This document shows positions 20,993-30,219 of a stretch of DNA of 64,000 nucleotides, one piece after another. A program made the translations under genes and the position numbers. Source of the DNA: an uncultured Pseudomonadota bacterium (lineage in GTDB: Bacteria > Pseudomonadota > Alphaproteobacteria > Rs-D84); the NCBI GenBank assembly GCA_902790415.1, contig CADARU010000004.1, positions 397 through 64,396 on the forward strand, read 5' to 3'. A model generated the notes under the pieces. The model had not been told where the DNA came from. It searched no databases and saw only the letters and a list, made by a program, of their open reading frames with translations. Each line of letters begins with the position of its first letter. Within the stretch, counting starts at the first letter, position 1.

Positions 20993-21556
20993 ATGGCACG
21001 TTTTGATGATAAAAAATTGCAGACAGACAATTTGGTAGATAAATTAGTTTCTGTCAATAGAGTTTCCAAAACTGTTAAGGGCGGTAAAAATATGTCCTTT
21101 TCTGCGTTGGTCGTTGTTGGTGACAAGGCCGGTCGCGTAGGTTTTGGTAAAGGTAAAGCATTGGAAGTTCAATCTGCGGTTCAAAAAGCAACCAAGGCAG
21201 CCAAGGCAAAAATGATTCGCGTTCCGTTAAAAGAAGGTCGCACATTACATCATGATATTGCCGCAAAATACGGGGCCAGCAAATTGGTTTTGCGCAGTGC
21301 GGTTCCTGGTACTGGAATTATTGCCGGTGGTGCGTTGCGTGCGGTATTTGATTGCCTGGGGGTTCAAGACGTTGTTGTGAAATCCCAAGGTGCAAATAAT
21401 CCAAACAATATGATTCGTGCGGCATTTTTGGCGTTCTCGAAAATGAATTCTCCAAAAACAGTTGCGGCGCGTCGTGGCAAAACAGTTGCAGAAATCATCG
21501 CAGGTCGTGATGGTAAAAAATTAGAAAACGATGCTAATGCGGCGGAAGACAAATAA
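20993..21556 (+). CDS. rpsE: 30S ribosomal protein S5
   Basis: S5-like translation ([34 protein letters not shown]). Confidence 0.95.
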   Translation: MARFDDKKLQTDNLVDKLVSVNRVSKTVKGGKNMSFSALVVVGDKAGRVGFGKGKALEVQSAVQKATKAAKAKMIRVPLKEGRTLHHDIAAKYGASKLVLRSAVPGTGIIAGGALRAVFDCLGVQDVVVKSQGANNPNNMIRAAFLAFSKMNSPKTVAARRGKTVAEIIAGRDGKKLENDANAAEDK

Positions 21557-21571
21557 TAAAAGGTGATTGTT

Positions 21572-21754
21572 ATGGCAAAGAAATTAGTTGTAAAACAAAT
21601 CAAAAGTGTTATCGGTCGTCCGGCGGCGCAACGTAAAATATTAAACGCGTTGGGTTTGGGACGCATTGGCAAGTCAAATGAATTGGATGACAATGCCGCG
21701 GTTCGTGGTATGATTTCCAAGGTAAATCATTTGATTTGTGTTGTTGAAAAATAA
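21572..21754 (+). CDS. rpmD: 50S ribosomal protein L30
   Basis: L30-like translation (KQIKS.IGR...QR..L.ALGL.RI). ATG at 21572 is preferred over the GTG at 21563. Confidence 0.9.
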   Translation: MAKKLVVKQIKSVIGRPAAQRKILNALGLGRIGKSNELDDNAAVRGMISKVNHLICVVEK

Positions 21755-21827
21755 TTTATAAAAACCGAGTATGCGGACACTTGTCCGCATGCGAAACAGA
21801 ACTATATAAAGTTCACAGGAGAAAAAA

Positions 21828-22286
21828 ATGAAATTAAATGCATTGATGGATAATTTTGGTGCACGTCAGGGAATTAAACGTGTTGGTCGTGGTATGGCAT
21901 CCGGTTATGGTAAAACATCTGGTCGTGGTAACAAAGGTCAAAAGGCGCGTGCGGGTTCTCGTAAACAGGCAACCTTCCAAGGTGGTCAGATGCCGATTAT
22001 GCGTCGTTTCCCAAAATTTGGTTTTAACAATCCGTTTGCTAAAAACTATGTTACAATCAATCTGGGTGATATTGAAAAGTTTATCGCGTCTGGTAAAATT
22101 GATGCCAAAAAAGAAATCACAATTGATTCTTTGTTGAACGCGAAAATCATCAACCGTCGTATGTCTGGCTTAAAGGTTTTGGCCAAAGGTGAAATTAAAT
22201 CTGCGGTTAATGTTATTGCAGATAAATGGTCCAAGGCCGCCGAAGCGGCAATCGTCAAAGCAGGCGGTTCTATCAAGAATAAATAA
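21828..22286 (+). CDS. rplO: 50S ribosomal protein L15
   Basis: L15-like translation (KRVGRG..SG.GKTSGRG.KGQKAR.G......F.GGQMP..RR.PK.GF). Confidence 0.95.
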   Translation: MKLNALMDNFGARQGIKRVGRGMASGYGKTSGRGNKGQKARAGSRKQATFQGGQMPIMRRFPKFGFNNPFAKNYVTINLGDIEKFIASGKIDAKKEITIDSLLNAKIINRRMSGLKVLAKGEIKSAVNVIADKWSKAAEAAIVKAGGSIKNK

Positions 22287-22319
22287 TAAACTTTTATAAA
22301 CCATCAGAGAGAATAACAG

Positions 22320-23639
22320 ATGAAATTACTATCTAAATTTTTTGGTAATTTGGGTGATTTGCAAAAACGTATTTTGTTTACGTTGGGGGCTCTGGTGGTT
22401 TATCGTATTGGTTCGTTTATTCCATTACCGGGTGTTAACGCATCGGCGGTTCTGCATTTATTCAGTGGCGAAGGCAGTGGCATTATGGGCATGTTCGATA
22501 TGTTCACTGGCGGTTCGTTGTCGCGTATGTCTGTTTTGGCATTGAATATTTTCCCGTACATTTCGGCATCTATCGTTTTACAGTTGTTGACCGCAACCAG
22601 TAAGTCGTTAAACGATTTGCGCAAAGAAGGTGAATCAGGACGTGTAAAGATTAATCAATATACACGTTATTTGGCGGTATTATTGGCGGTTGTCCAGGGC
22701 TGGGCGGTTGTACGTGGTTTGGAATCTATGGCACCGGTTAACGGTGTTCCGGCCGTTGTTAATCCGGGATTTGCGTTTGAATTGTCTGCGATAATCGCGT
22801 TGGTTGGTGGAACGGTTTTTGTTATGTGGTTGGCGGAACAAATTACCGCCCGCGGTATAGGTCAGGGTGCATCATTGTTAATCTTTGCGGGTATTATTGC
22901 CCAGATTCCAGGTGGTGTTGCGAAAATTGTATCTTTGGGGTCTGTTGGGCAAATGTCGCCGGCAATGATTGCGCTGGTTATATTGTTTGTCGTTGGGATT
23001 GTTGCGTTAATCGCGTTCTTTGAACAGGCGCAACGTCGTGTTCAGATTTTGTACCCACGTCAGGTTATGGCAAACGGTGTTGTTAACACGAACGCATCTT
23101 ATTTACCAATCAAGGTTAATATGTCTGGCGTTATGGGACCGGTGTTCGCATCGTCTATTATGATGTTGCCGGCATTTGTTCAACGCTTTGTACAGAGTGA
23201 AAACTTGGTTGTGCAAAACATAATGGGATTCTTTACGTATGGGGCGTGGTCTTATATTGTTTTGTATACGGTATTAATTGCGTTCTTTGCGTATTTCCAG
23301 ACGGCGGTTGTATTCAATTCCGAAGAAACCAGTAACAATTTGCGTAATGCCGGTGGTTATATCCCTGGGGTTCGCCCGGGTGAACAAACCATACATTTCT
23401 TGGATTCTATGGTTTCCAAGGTTACAGCAATCGGCGTATTGTATTTGATTGTTGTGTGTGTGGTGCCAATTATATTGAATACTCATTTTGGTATGCCGTT
23501 GGCGATTGGTGGAACCAGTGTGTTAATCGTTGCGGGTGTTGTACTAGATACAATGAACCAAGTACAATCTTATCTGGTGGCACGTCAATATGGAAATGTT
23601 GTTGGTGCAGTGTCCAGAAAAGGTCGCTTCCGTAATTAG
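22320..23639 (+). CDS. secY: Preprotein translocase subunit SecY
   Basis: 439 aa, multi-TM, SecY-like motifs (L.RI.FT...L.VYR.GS.IPLPG...MWL.EQIT..GIG.G.SL.IFAGI). Confidence 0.96.
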   Translation: MKLLSKFFGNLGDLQKRILFTLGALVVYRIGSFIPLPGVNASAVLHLFSGEGSGIMGMFDMFTGGSLSRMSVLALNIFPYISASIVLQLLTATSKSLNDLRKEGESGRVKINQYTRYLAVLLAVVQGWAVVRGLESMAPVNGVPAVVNPGFAFELSAIIALVGGTVFVMWLAEQITARGIGQGASLLIFAGIIAQIPGGVAKIVSLGSVGQMSPAMIALVILFVVGIVALIAFFEQAQRRVQILYPRQVMANGVVNTNASYLPIKVNMSGVMGPVFASSIMMLPAFVQRFVQSENLVVQNIMGFFTYGAWSYIVLYTVLIAFFAYFQTAVVFNSEETSNNLRNAGGYIPGVRPGEQTIHFLDSMVSKVTAIGVLYLIVVCVVPIILNTHFGMPLAIGGTSVLIVAGVVLDTMNQVQSYLVARQYGNVVGAVSRKGRFRN

Positions 23640-23658
23640 TTTTTACGGAAACAACAGT

Positions 23659-23686
23659 TTGACTTTTGTAATAATTTGTATAAAAT
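23659..23686 (+). promoter_or_regulatory. Sigma70-like promoter upstream of rpsM
   Basis: TTGACT (23659..23664), a 16-nt spacer, then TAAAAT (23681..23686). It shares the TTTGACTTTTG...GTATAAAAT architecture with the rpoA promoter. Confidence 0.5.
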
Positions 23687-23805
23687 TATTCGCAAAAGTG
23701 AAGAGTTCGGATTTTTTGCAATTAGGTTGGTTGCCAAGGAATCTGAAATAAAATCGTGGGGGACAAGGTGTTATCCCACAGAACAAATATAAAGGAAAAA
23801 GAAAA

Positions 23806-24183
23806 ATGGCTCGTATAGCAGGTGTTAATATTCCGACAGAAAAACGCATAGAAGCGGCGTTGCAATATATTCATGGTATCGGTCCGGCCAAATCTGCCCA
23901 GATTTGCAAGGATTTGAAATTGAAAGATGGTTTGCGCGCAAAAGATCTGACGGACGAAGATATTGTTAGAATTTCTAACTATATCGAACAAAACTTCAAG
24001 GTAGAAGGTGATGTTCGCCGTGAAGTTGCAATGAATATCAAACGTTTACAAGATTTGAAAACATATCGTGGTATTCGTCATCGTAATCGTTTGCCGGTTC
24101 GTGGTCAACGCACACAAACAAATGCCAGAACACGTAAAGGTAAACGTGTCGTTGTCGCAGGTTCCGCGGTCAAGGGTAAATAA
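23806..24183 (+). CDS. rpsM: 30S ribosomal protein S13
   Basis: S13-like translation ([11 protein letters not shown]....AL.YI.GIG...A..I......YRG.RH...[13 protein letters not shown]). Confidence 0.96.
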   Translation: MARIAGVNIPTEKRIEAALQYIHGIGPAKSAQICKDLKLKDGLRAKDLTDEDIVRISNYIEQNFKVEGDVRREVAMNIKRLQDLKTYRGIRHRNRLPVRGQRTQTNARTRKGKRVVVAGSAVKGK

Positions 24184-24246
24184 GTTTAACAATTGGGTAG
24201 AGATTAACACGATAGTTAATTGAAGACATCTAAAAGGAAATAAAAA

Positions 24247-24630
24247 ATGGCAGTTACAAAATCTAAAAAGAAAGTTGTAAAGAAAGTATCGCATGGTATT
24301 GCACATGTCGTTGCAACCAATAATAATACACGTATCACAATCACAGACCAATCGGGTGCTGTGTTGGCATGGGCAACCGCCGGTGCGAATAACTTTAAGG
24401 GCGCAAAAAAATCTACACCGTATGCGGCAACTGTTGTTGCAGATGCAGTTGGTAAAAAAGTTGCCGAAATGGGTATGAAAACGGTTGATGTTTTGATGCG
24501 TGGTATCGGTCAAGGTCGTGAATCCGCCGTTCGTGGTTTGGCCAGTGCGGGTTTAATTGTTCAAAGCATTACCGACACAACACGTATTCCACACAATGGA
24601 TGCCGTCCAAAGAAAGTACGTCGTGTTTAA
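24247..24630 (+). CDS. rpsK: 30S ribosomal protein S11
   Basis: S11-like translation (G.AH...T.NNT.ITITD..G.....A.AG...FKGAKKSTPYAA...GIGQGRESA.R.L...GL....I.D.T.IPHNGCRP.K.RRV). Confidence 0.96.
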   Translation: MAVTKSKKKVVKKVSHGIAHVVATNNNTRITITDQSGAVLAWATAGANNFKGAKKSTPYAATVVADAVGKKVAEMGMKTVDVLMRGIGQGRESAVRGLASAGLIVQSITDTTRIPHNGCRPKKVRRV

Positions 24631-24650
24631 TTGTAAATGTTTAGTAAAAT

Positions 24651-24683
24651 GGGCGCAAAATGCGCCTGTTTTTTCTTTTTTTT
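24651..24683 (+). terminator. Rho-independent terminator immediately after rpsK
   Basis: Stem ggcgca-aaa-tgcgcc followed by tgttttttctttttttt. Confidence 0.75.
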
Positions 24684-24726
24684 GCTTTGTATTTGTGATA
24701 CAATTTTTTTGATGTGAGAGGAATGT

Positions 24727-25488
24727 ATGATATCAATATTCAAGTATATTTGTATTGGTATGTCGGCATTGTGTATAATGCCGGTTTTTGGTGCAAATCC
24801 CCAGATTGTAAAATTATTAAGAGAAAAACAGCAAAAATATGCCCAGTTAGAACAATGTACCAAAAAAGTTAACGGCTTTAAAATAGCGGGTATATCAACA
24901 CTTGGTTTAACCGCGGCGGGTATAGGTGGAAATATTGCATTGGCATCCAAAAATAAAAAATTAGATACGGAAATTAATTCAATCACGACAGAAATAGAAA
25001 CAGAGAAAGAAAAATTAGCAAAAACGAACGATGAAATAGCCACCGAAAAATTAAAAATCCAACAAAAACAAGAAAAGTTAATAGAAGCAGAACAGCAAGA
25101 AACAACAAAAGCGGAACAAACAAAAGGTAGTGATGAACAAGGAAAAGAAGAAGTTCAAGAAAATAAAAAAGTAACAGGCAATGAATATTTTGTGTCTGCC
25201 GAAGGAATCAGGTATAAAAGTTTGGATGATTGTCCGGGCAATGCTTTTTCAAAACTACAAGAGTATTGTCCAGAGTGTGCAAATGATATTGTGCGGGAAC
25301 AACTTTGTTCTTATGATATAGATGAAAGTCATGGGGTGTTCGGTTTTGAAACAGATATATTGGGTCCAAATACATGGTGTTATTATAAGCAAAATGAGTA
25401 TAGTTATGCCGCGGTAATGATGGATGACTGTGTGTGTGCCAAAATTCAGGAATTAGAAAGGGCAAAAAAACAGAACAATAAAAAATGA
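24727..25488 (+). CDS. Membrane/secreted coiled-coil protein with a Gly-zipper-like segment and a Cys-rich C-terminal domain
   Basis: N-terminal hydrophobic signal MISIFKYICIGMSALCIMPVFGA, a G/A-rich segment IAGISTLGLTAAGIGGNIALA, an E/K/Q-rich coiled coil, and Cys residues in the last ~100 aa. SD gagagg lies upstream. Confidence 0.6.
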   Translation: MISIFKYICIGMSALCIMPVFGANPQIVKLLREKQQKYAQLEQCTKKVNGFKIAGISTLGLTAAGIGGNIALASKNKKLDTEINSITTEIETEKEKLAKTNDEIATEKLKIQQKQEKLIEAEQQETTKAEQTKGSDEQGKEEVQENKKVTGNEYFVSAEGIRYKSLDDCPGNAFSKLQEYCPECANDIVREQLCSYDIDESHGVFGFETDILGPNTWCYYKQNEYSYAAVMMDDCVCAKIQELERAKKQNNKK

Positions 25489-25591
25489 TTTTTTTTGTTT
25501 AGTATTTAAAATATTTTTTTGTCAATGTTTTTTCTTGACAACAAAAAGTAATTGTCCTATATTCTGTTTGTGATAACCAAAAGGGTCAATT

Positions 25592-25915
25592 ATGAAGAAA
25601 ACAATTTTGTCTGGTTTGATGGCGGCATTGGTATCGGTTGCGGCAAATGCATCTGATGGTGGTGTTTACGTTGAAACAGAAACTTTTACAAATCATATCA
25701 GATACAACAACAATAACACAGTGTATGTTAATGAAACAGCACCGGCGGTTGTAAGACGTCCTTGTGCATCTGCACAACCGGTTCGTGTTAAAACACACAC
25801 CGAAGTTATTGACCATTATCAGTTGTATCGTCCGGTAACCGTTTATCAACCGGCAGGAACTTATTCTGAACGCCGCGTTGTTGCAAATGAACCATGTGGT
25901 CGTTGCAACTGGTAA
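25592..25915 (+). CDS. Small secreted protein (unknown function)
   Basis: Signal peptide MKKTILSGLMAALVSVAANA; 107 aa; ends EPCGRCNW. A terminator follows at ~25935..25968. Confidence 0.55.
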   Translation: MKKTILSGLMAALVSVAANASDGGVYVETETFTNHIRYNNNNTVYVNETAPAVVRRPCASAQPVRVKTHTEVIDHYQLYRPVTVYQPAGTYSERRVVANEPCGRCNW

Positions 25916-26017
25916 TTGTTTGTTACTAAAATTTAAAGCCCTGCAAATTTGTGGGGCTTTTTTTATTTTTCACTTTTCATCATCGTGTTTTTGTGGTAAT
26001 ATGTGTTGAACAGAGAG

Positions 26018-28156
26018 ATGAAAAAAATATCAAAGATTTTGTTTACTGTCGTTTGCGCCGGTGTGTGTGGTGTTGCGTTGGCTAATGTTGCAACAACGGC
26101 TGGTAATAATTTAACCGCGTATAACGGCGGTGCTTCTAGCAATAACAATAAATGGAATACGATGTCTAATTCGCGTTCCGGGGCGACATCTTCTGCGCCG
26201 GCAACGGCAAATTTTGGAAACTGTAATGCGGTTGTGTTACGCTGTGCATCGCCAAAATGTTCGGGTGGTGGATGTATGGATATGATGGTGGCACGTTCCA
26301 TTGTTGCCGGATGTGTGGCATCAAACGAATCGTGCAAGAAACATGGCGACCCATTGATTGATGCGATTACCGGGCAAATTGTTGCTCAATCGACTGCGAC
26401 CGCAAATGCCCAGGCTGCGGCGGCGGCGGCATCACAGAGTAATGCCCAGGTTGAACAAATGCAGATGCAAATGCAACAGATGCAGGCATCTATGCAAGAA
26501 TCTATGAACGCAATGCAGGCGCAAATGGCGCAACAAAACGAAATGGCAAATCAACAGTTGCAATCTGCGTTGGCGGAACAGCGTTCTGTGATGGAGGCGG
26601 CCCAGGCCGCGGCGGCGGAATCTGCGACAAATGCGGTTGCAACCGCCGGGATGGAGGGTATGACAGTTGCCGAACAGGTTGCGGCAAAGAATAATATGGA
26701 TGTTGATGTTTTGGTGCGTTCGCAGAGTTTGGGACAAATAGAGACCGCGGTTGAAGATGCAACAAAAAAAATGGATGATTTAAAAAAAGTTTTATCTCGT
26801 TTGTTGGAATATGGCGGTTGTGATTCTTCGGCAAATCATTGTGAGGGGCCAAAGCGTGTAAAGAAATTTAAAGATATTGCAAACGAATTTTTCGAACCGT
26901 ATGAAGGTGTTGCGGACAGTATGTATGATGCAATGATGTTGGCAATGAGTTTGGGTGTTGATATTAGTCAGGTTGTCATGATGCTTAGTGGTTCTTGTAA
27001 TATGTGGGGCAAATATATGTGTGATGTTTGTTCAACAAGTGATGTGAATGCAGGAAACTGTTTAAGTGTTGGAAACAAGTATTATTATCGTGTGGAAACA
27101 TACAGTCAAGCAGATGGTGTCGAAGAAAGTAAATTGGGCCGGGTAAAGCCGCAACAGCCACACTGTCGTTTGGTTGAAATTTTATCTGATGGTGCCGAGG
27201 TTCAACGTGAATGGATTGATTCTAATTCCGGAATAACCGGCAATGTTCAGGTTGCCTGTGCAACGGATACTTTGGGTAATATCGGTATATTCAGCCGTCG
27301 TAATAAAATGAATTCATTAATCGATATTGAATCTGTCCGGGATTTAGTCAACCAAGATGCGTATGGTGTGTGTAAAAAAGACGATGACAGAACACTTTGT
27401 ATGAATTATTGCGCAACCAGAAAAACGGACAATTGGTATCAGAACTTGCAAACGGCGGTAAAAAACAAAACTATAAAAAAAGCCAATTGTAAAAAAGAGG
27501 CAAATGGCCGTTTAACCGATGCCGGCAGCCAGAATGAAGATGTGTGGCCGAATTGTACGTATTTTCCGCAAGAATATGCGTTGTGTACGGTGCATGCGTA
27601 TAATATCGGTAAAACCTTGACGCAAGAGATGACTTCCAGCGAATTGTCAGAGATGCAAGAAGTTATTGCGTTAAAATCTACGGTGATTGCACAAATGATA
27701 AAGCAACAATATGATGCATTGAATACGATGGTTAAACAGTTGAAAACCCATTTGCAAAAGGCCGTATTAACAACAAAAACCGAAATCGCAACTGGTAACG
27801 TTTCAGGGGGCAGTTCGGGTGGTTTGTCTTTGTCGGCAAAACAAGATGGAATTTACTTGGCTGGTGCCCAAAATTGCAAGATGATAACGTCCGGTGGAGT
27901 ATCCGCAGCAGCGCAGTGTTTGCAAACTAATGCGAATTTGGCTATGAATGCGCAAAGTAAGGCAGATGCGCGTAAACAGTTAAAGGAAGATTTGGAAATT
28001 GCTAAGCGTTGGGGATTGTGCGGAACAGATAATAAGTGCTGTAACAACGAAAATGATCCGAAATCTTGTGCACAAGAGTTACTTATGAACATTTCAATAG
28101 AATTGCAAAAAAAGCAGGATGAACGTGATAGCAGGATGTATTATCCTGGCAGGTAA
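26018..28156 (+). CDS. Large secreted cysteine-rich protein with Q/M/A-rich coiled coil (member of the Cys-motif family)
   Basis: ATG at 26018 (the ORF-track start 26003 is a GTG five codons upstream). Signal peptide MKKISKILFTVVCAGVCGVALA. N-terminal motif NCNAVVLRCASPKCSGGGC, a QMQMQMQQMQASMQ stretch, and many Cys residues throughout. Confidence 0.65.
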   Translation: MKKISKILFTVVCAGVCGVALANVATTAGNNLTAYNGGASSNNNKWNTMSNSRSGATSSAPATANFGNCNAVVLRCASPKCSGGGCMDMMVARSIVAGCVASNESCKKHGDPLIDAITGQIVAQSTATANAQAAAAAASQSNAQVEQMQMQMQQMQASMQESMNAMQAQMAQQNEMANQQLQSALAEQRSVMEAAQAAAAESATNAVATAGMEGMTVAEQVAAKNNMDVDVLVRSQSLGQIETAVEDATKKMDDLKKVLSRLLEYGGCDSSANHCEGPKRVKKFKDIANEFFEPYEGVADSMYDAMMLAMSLGVDISQVVMMLSGSCNMWGKYMCDVCSTSDVNAGNCLSVGNKYYYRVETYSQADGVEESKLGRVKPQQPHCRLVEILSDGAEVQREWIDSNSGITGNVQVACATDTLGNIGIFSRRNKMNSLIDIESVRDLVNQDAYGVCKKDDDRTLCMNYCATRKTDNWYQNLQTAVKNKTIKKANCKKEANGRLTDAGSQNEDVWPNCTYFPQEYALCTVHAYNIGKTLTQEMTSSELSEMQEVIALKSTVIAQMIKQQYDALNTMVKQLKTHLQKAVLTTKTEIATGNVSGGSSGGLSLSAKQDGIYLAGAQNCKMITSGGVSAAAQCLQTNANLAMNAQSKADARKQLKEDLEIAKRWGLCGTDNKCCNNENDPKSCAQELLMNISIELQKKQDERDSRMYYPGR

Positions 28157-28196
28157 TTAATTTATTTACCAAAATTTTCCCGAATATTTATTTTAT

Positions 28197-28225
28197 TTGA
28201 CTTTTGGTTGTGGGCGGTATAAAAT
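28197..28225 (+). promoter_or_regulatory. Sigma70-like promoter for rpoA-rplQ
   Basis: TTGACT (28197..28202), a 17-nt spacer, then TAAAAT (28220..28225). Confidence 0.5.
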
Positions 28226-28296
28226 ACGCGGGCACGTAAGGATTTTATGTGTGCCAAATGGCGAAAATGATAAACTAAGCCCATGGGAGTTTTTAA

Positions 28297-29325
28297 ATGA
28301 TTGAAAAAAATTGGATGACTTTAATCAAGCCAAAAAAACTAAACATCAATGTTGATGAACATAATCCGAATATTGCAACCTTGGTTGCCGAACCGTTGGA
28401 AAAAGGTTTCGGTTTAACATTGGGAACCGCATTGCGTCGTGTGTTGTTGTCTTCGTTACAAGGATGCGCGCCGGTATGGGTTAAAATTGACGGTGTGCAA
28501 CACGAATTTTCCAGTATCCAAGGTGTTCGTGAAGATGTTGCAGACATTTTGTTAAATTTAAAGGGTGTTTATTTCAAGGCGAATACCGAAGGTCAACACA
28601 AGGTTACTTTGCATGTTACAGGTCCGGCGGTTGTCAAGGCGGGTATGATTGAAACCACTGGGGCGATTGAAATTATGAATCCTGATGCGGAAATCTGCAA
28701 TTTGGATAAAGGCGCAGAATTGGATATGGAAATCGCATTGGAAACAGGTCGTGGCTATGTTCCGGCAACGGCACATTCTGATGGTTTACCGTTGGGTGTT
28801 ATTCCGGTTGATTCAATCTTTTCACCGATTTTAAACGTGGCCAGTATTGTTTCTGAAACACGTGTTGGTCAATCTACCGATTTTGATAAATTGGAATTGA
28901 CCGTCAAAACCAATGGCAGTGTTAGCCCCGAAGATGCAATCGCATTTGCGGCACGTATTTTGACAGACCAACTGAACGTATTTATTAACTTTGAAGATCC
29001 GGCACAAATCAATGCGGTGGATGAAGATGACAAGGCCAAAGATGCGTTACAATTTGATCCGAAATTGTTGAAACGTGTCGATGAATTAGAATTGTCTGTT
29101 CGTGCAAATAATTGCCTGAAGAACGATAAAATTAATTGGTTGGGCGAATTGGTTCAAAAGACCGAAGCAGATATGTTGAAAACACCTAACTTTGGTCGCA
29201 AATCTTTGAACGAAATCAAAATCCAATTGGAAGCGATGGGACTTGGCTTGGGTATGGAAGTACCGGGTTGGCCACCAGAAAATATCGCCGAATTGGCCAA
29301 AAAGTATGAGGACCCATACAAATAA
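28297..29325 (+). CDS. rpoA: DNA-directed RNA polymerase subunit alpha
   Basis: 342 aa; RpoA-like N-terminal domain (EPLE.GFG.TLGNALRR.LLSS..G.A) and C-terminal domain ([12 protein letters not shown]...I..IGELV...E.DLL...NFG.KSL.EIK). Confidence 0.96.
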   Translation: MIEKNWMTLIKPKKLNINVDEHNPNIATLVAEPLEKGFGLTLGTALRRVLLSSLQGCAPVWVKIDGVQHEFSSIQGVREDVADILLNLKGVYFKANTEGQHKVTLHVTGPAVVKAGMIETTGAIEIMNPDAEICNLDKGAELDMEIALETGRGYVPATAHSDGLPLGVIPVDSIFSPILNVASIVSETRVGQSTDFDKLELTVKTNGSVSPEDAIAFAARILTDQLNVFINFEDPAQINAVDEDDKAKDALQFDPKLLKRVDELELSVRANNCLKNDKINWLGELVQKTEADMLKTPNFGRKSLNEIKIQLEAMGLGLGMEVPGWPPENIAELAKKYEDPYK

Positions 29326-29551
29326 AATTGTGATAACACGTCCGTTGTTGCGTTTGTCGGTCCAGGTATAGGTTTACTGCACTGCGAATCGTCAAACGTT
29401 TCCAACTGACGTATTCTGACAATTTTCTTGCAACCGCAAGGACTTTGTCGAAAAAGACCGTATTGCTGAATTTTGAATTTGGGGTACGGGTGTGTCTAAA
29501 AAAATCCCGTCCTTTTATAGGGCAGGGCAGAAAAAAATAAAGGAGTAGCCG

Positions 29552-30106
29552 ATGAGACACCAGAAAGCAGGTCGCACTTTTAATCGCGACACAAATGCAC
29601 GCAAGGCCTTGTTTATTGGTCTGGCGAAAAACTTGATTGAAAAAGAACAAATTAAAACAACTTTGCCAAAGGCCAAAGATTTACGCAGTGTCGTAGAAAA
29701 ATTGGTTACTCATGCCAAGGTTGATACTGTTGCAAACCGTCGTTTGGTTGCATCACAGTTGGGTAATGCGGGTGCCGCGACCGTTAAAAAATTATTTACG
29801 GTTTTGGGACCACGCTATGCCAAACGTCCGGGCGGTTATACCCGCGTATTAAAGGCAGGTTTCCGTTATGGTGATGCGGCACCTATGGCGATTATCGAAT
29901 TCGTTGATCGTGATGAAAATGCCAAGAAAGTTGTAAAAACAGCGGCGGCGACACCGGTTGCAACCGAAGAAAAAACAGAAGAAAAAGCCAAACCGGCAAA
30001 AAAAGCGGCGGCCCCAAAGGCAGCGGCGGCAAAAGATGCTAAACCGGCCAAGGCAACTGCGGCAAAGAAAACTGTTGCGGTTAAACGTCGTGCAACAGGC
30101 AAATAA
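29552..30106 (+). CDS. rplQ: 50S ribosomal protein L17 with Ala/Lys/Pro-rich C-terminal extension
   Basis: L17 core (MRH.KAGR.F.R....R.AL...L...L...E.I.TT..KAK.LR...E.L.T.AK...RPGGYTR..K...R.GD.A.MA.IE.V) followed by a ~60-aa tail rich in A, K, P, T and E. Confidence 0.93.
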   Translation: MRHQKAGRTFNRDTNARKALFIGLAKNLIEKEQIKTTLPKAKDLRSVVEKLVTHAKVDTVANRRLVASQLGNAGAATVKKLFTVLGPRYAKRPGGYTRVLKAGFRYGDAAPMAIIEFVDRDENAKKVVKTAAATPVATEEKTEEKAKPAKKAAAPKAAAAKDAKPAKATAAKKTVAVKRRATGK

Positions 30107-30126
30107 TTTGTCTGGTTATCAAATAA

Positions 30127-30162
30127 AAGAGGTCCATATTTTGTGGGCCTTTTTTGTTTTTT
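30127..30162 (+). terminator. Rho-independent terminator after rplQ
   Basis: Stem aggtcca-tattttg-tgggcct (one G-U pair) followed by tttttgtttttt. Confidence 0.65.
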
Positions 30163-30166
30163 ATTC

Positions 30167-30195
30167 TTGTATGAAATTGTATATTATGATAGAAT
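30167..30195 (+). promoter_or_regulatory. Sigma70-like promoter for the 940-aa gene
   Basis: TTGTAT (30167..30172), a 17-nt spacer, then TAGAAT (30190..30195). Confidence 0.45.
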
Positions 30196-30219
30196 AATAG
30201 GGATTATAGAGGGAAAGAA

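Noticed and set aside
23640-23805. Possible missing rpmJ/infA/adk between secY and rpsM
   Set aside because: The 166-nt gap has no ORF of suitable size or sequence in any frame. It contains a promoter-like module instead. These genes are presumably elsewhere in the genome, so this is noted as a gene-order feature and not as an annotation.
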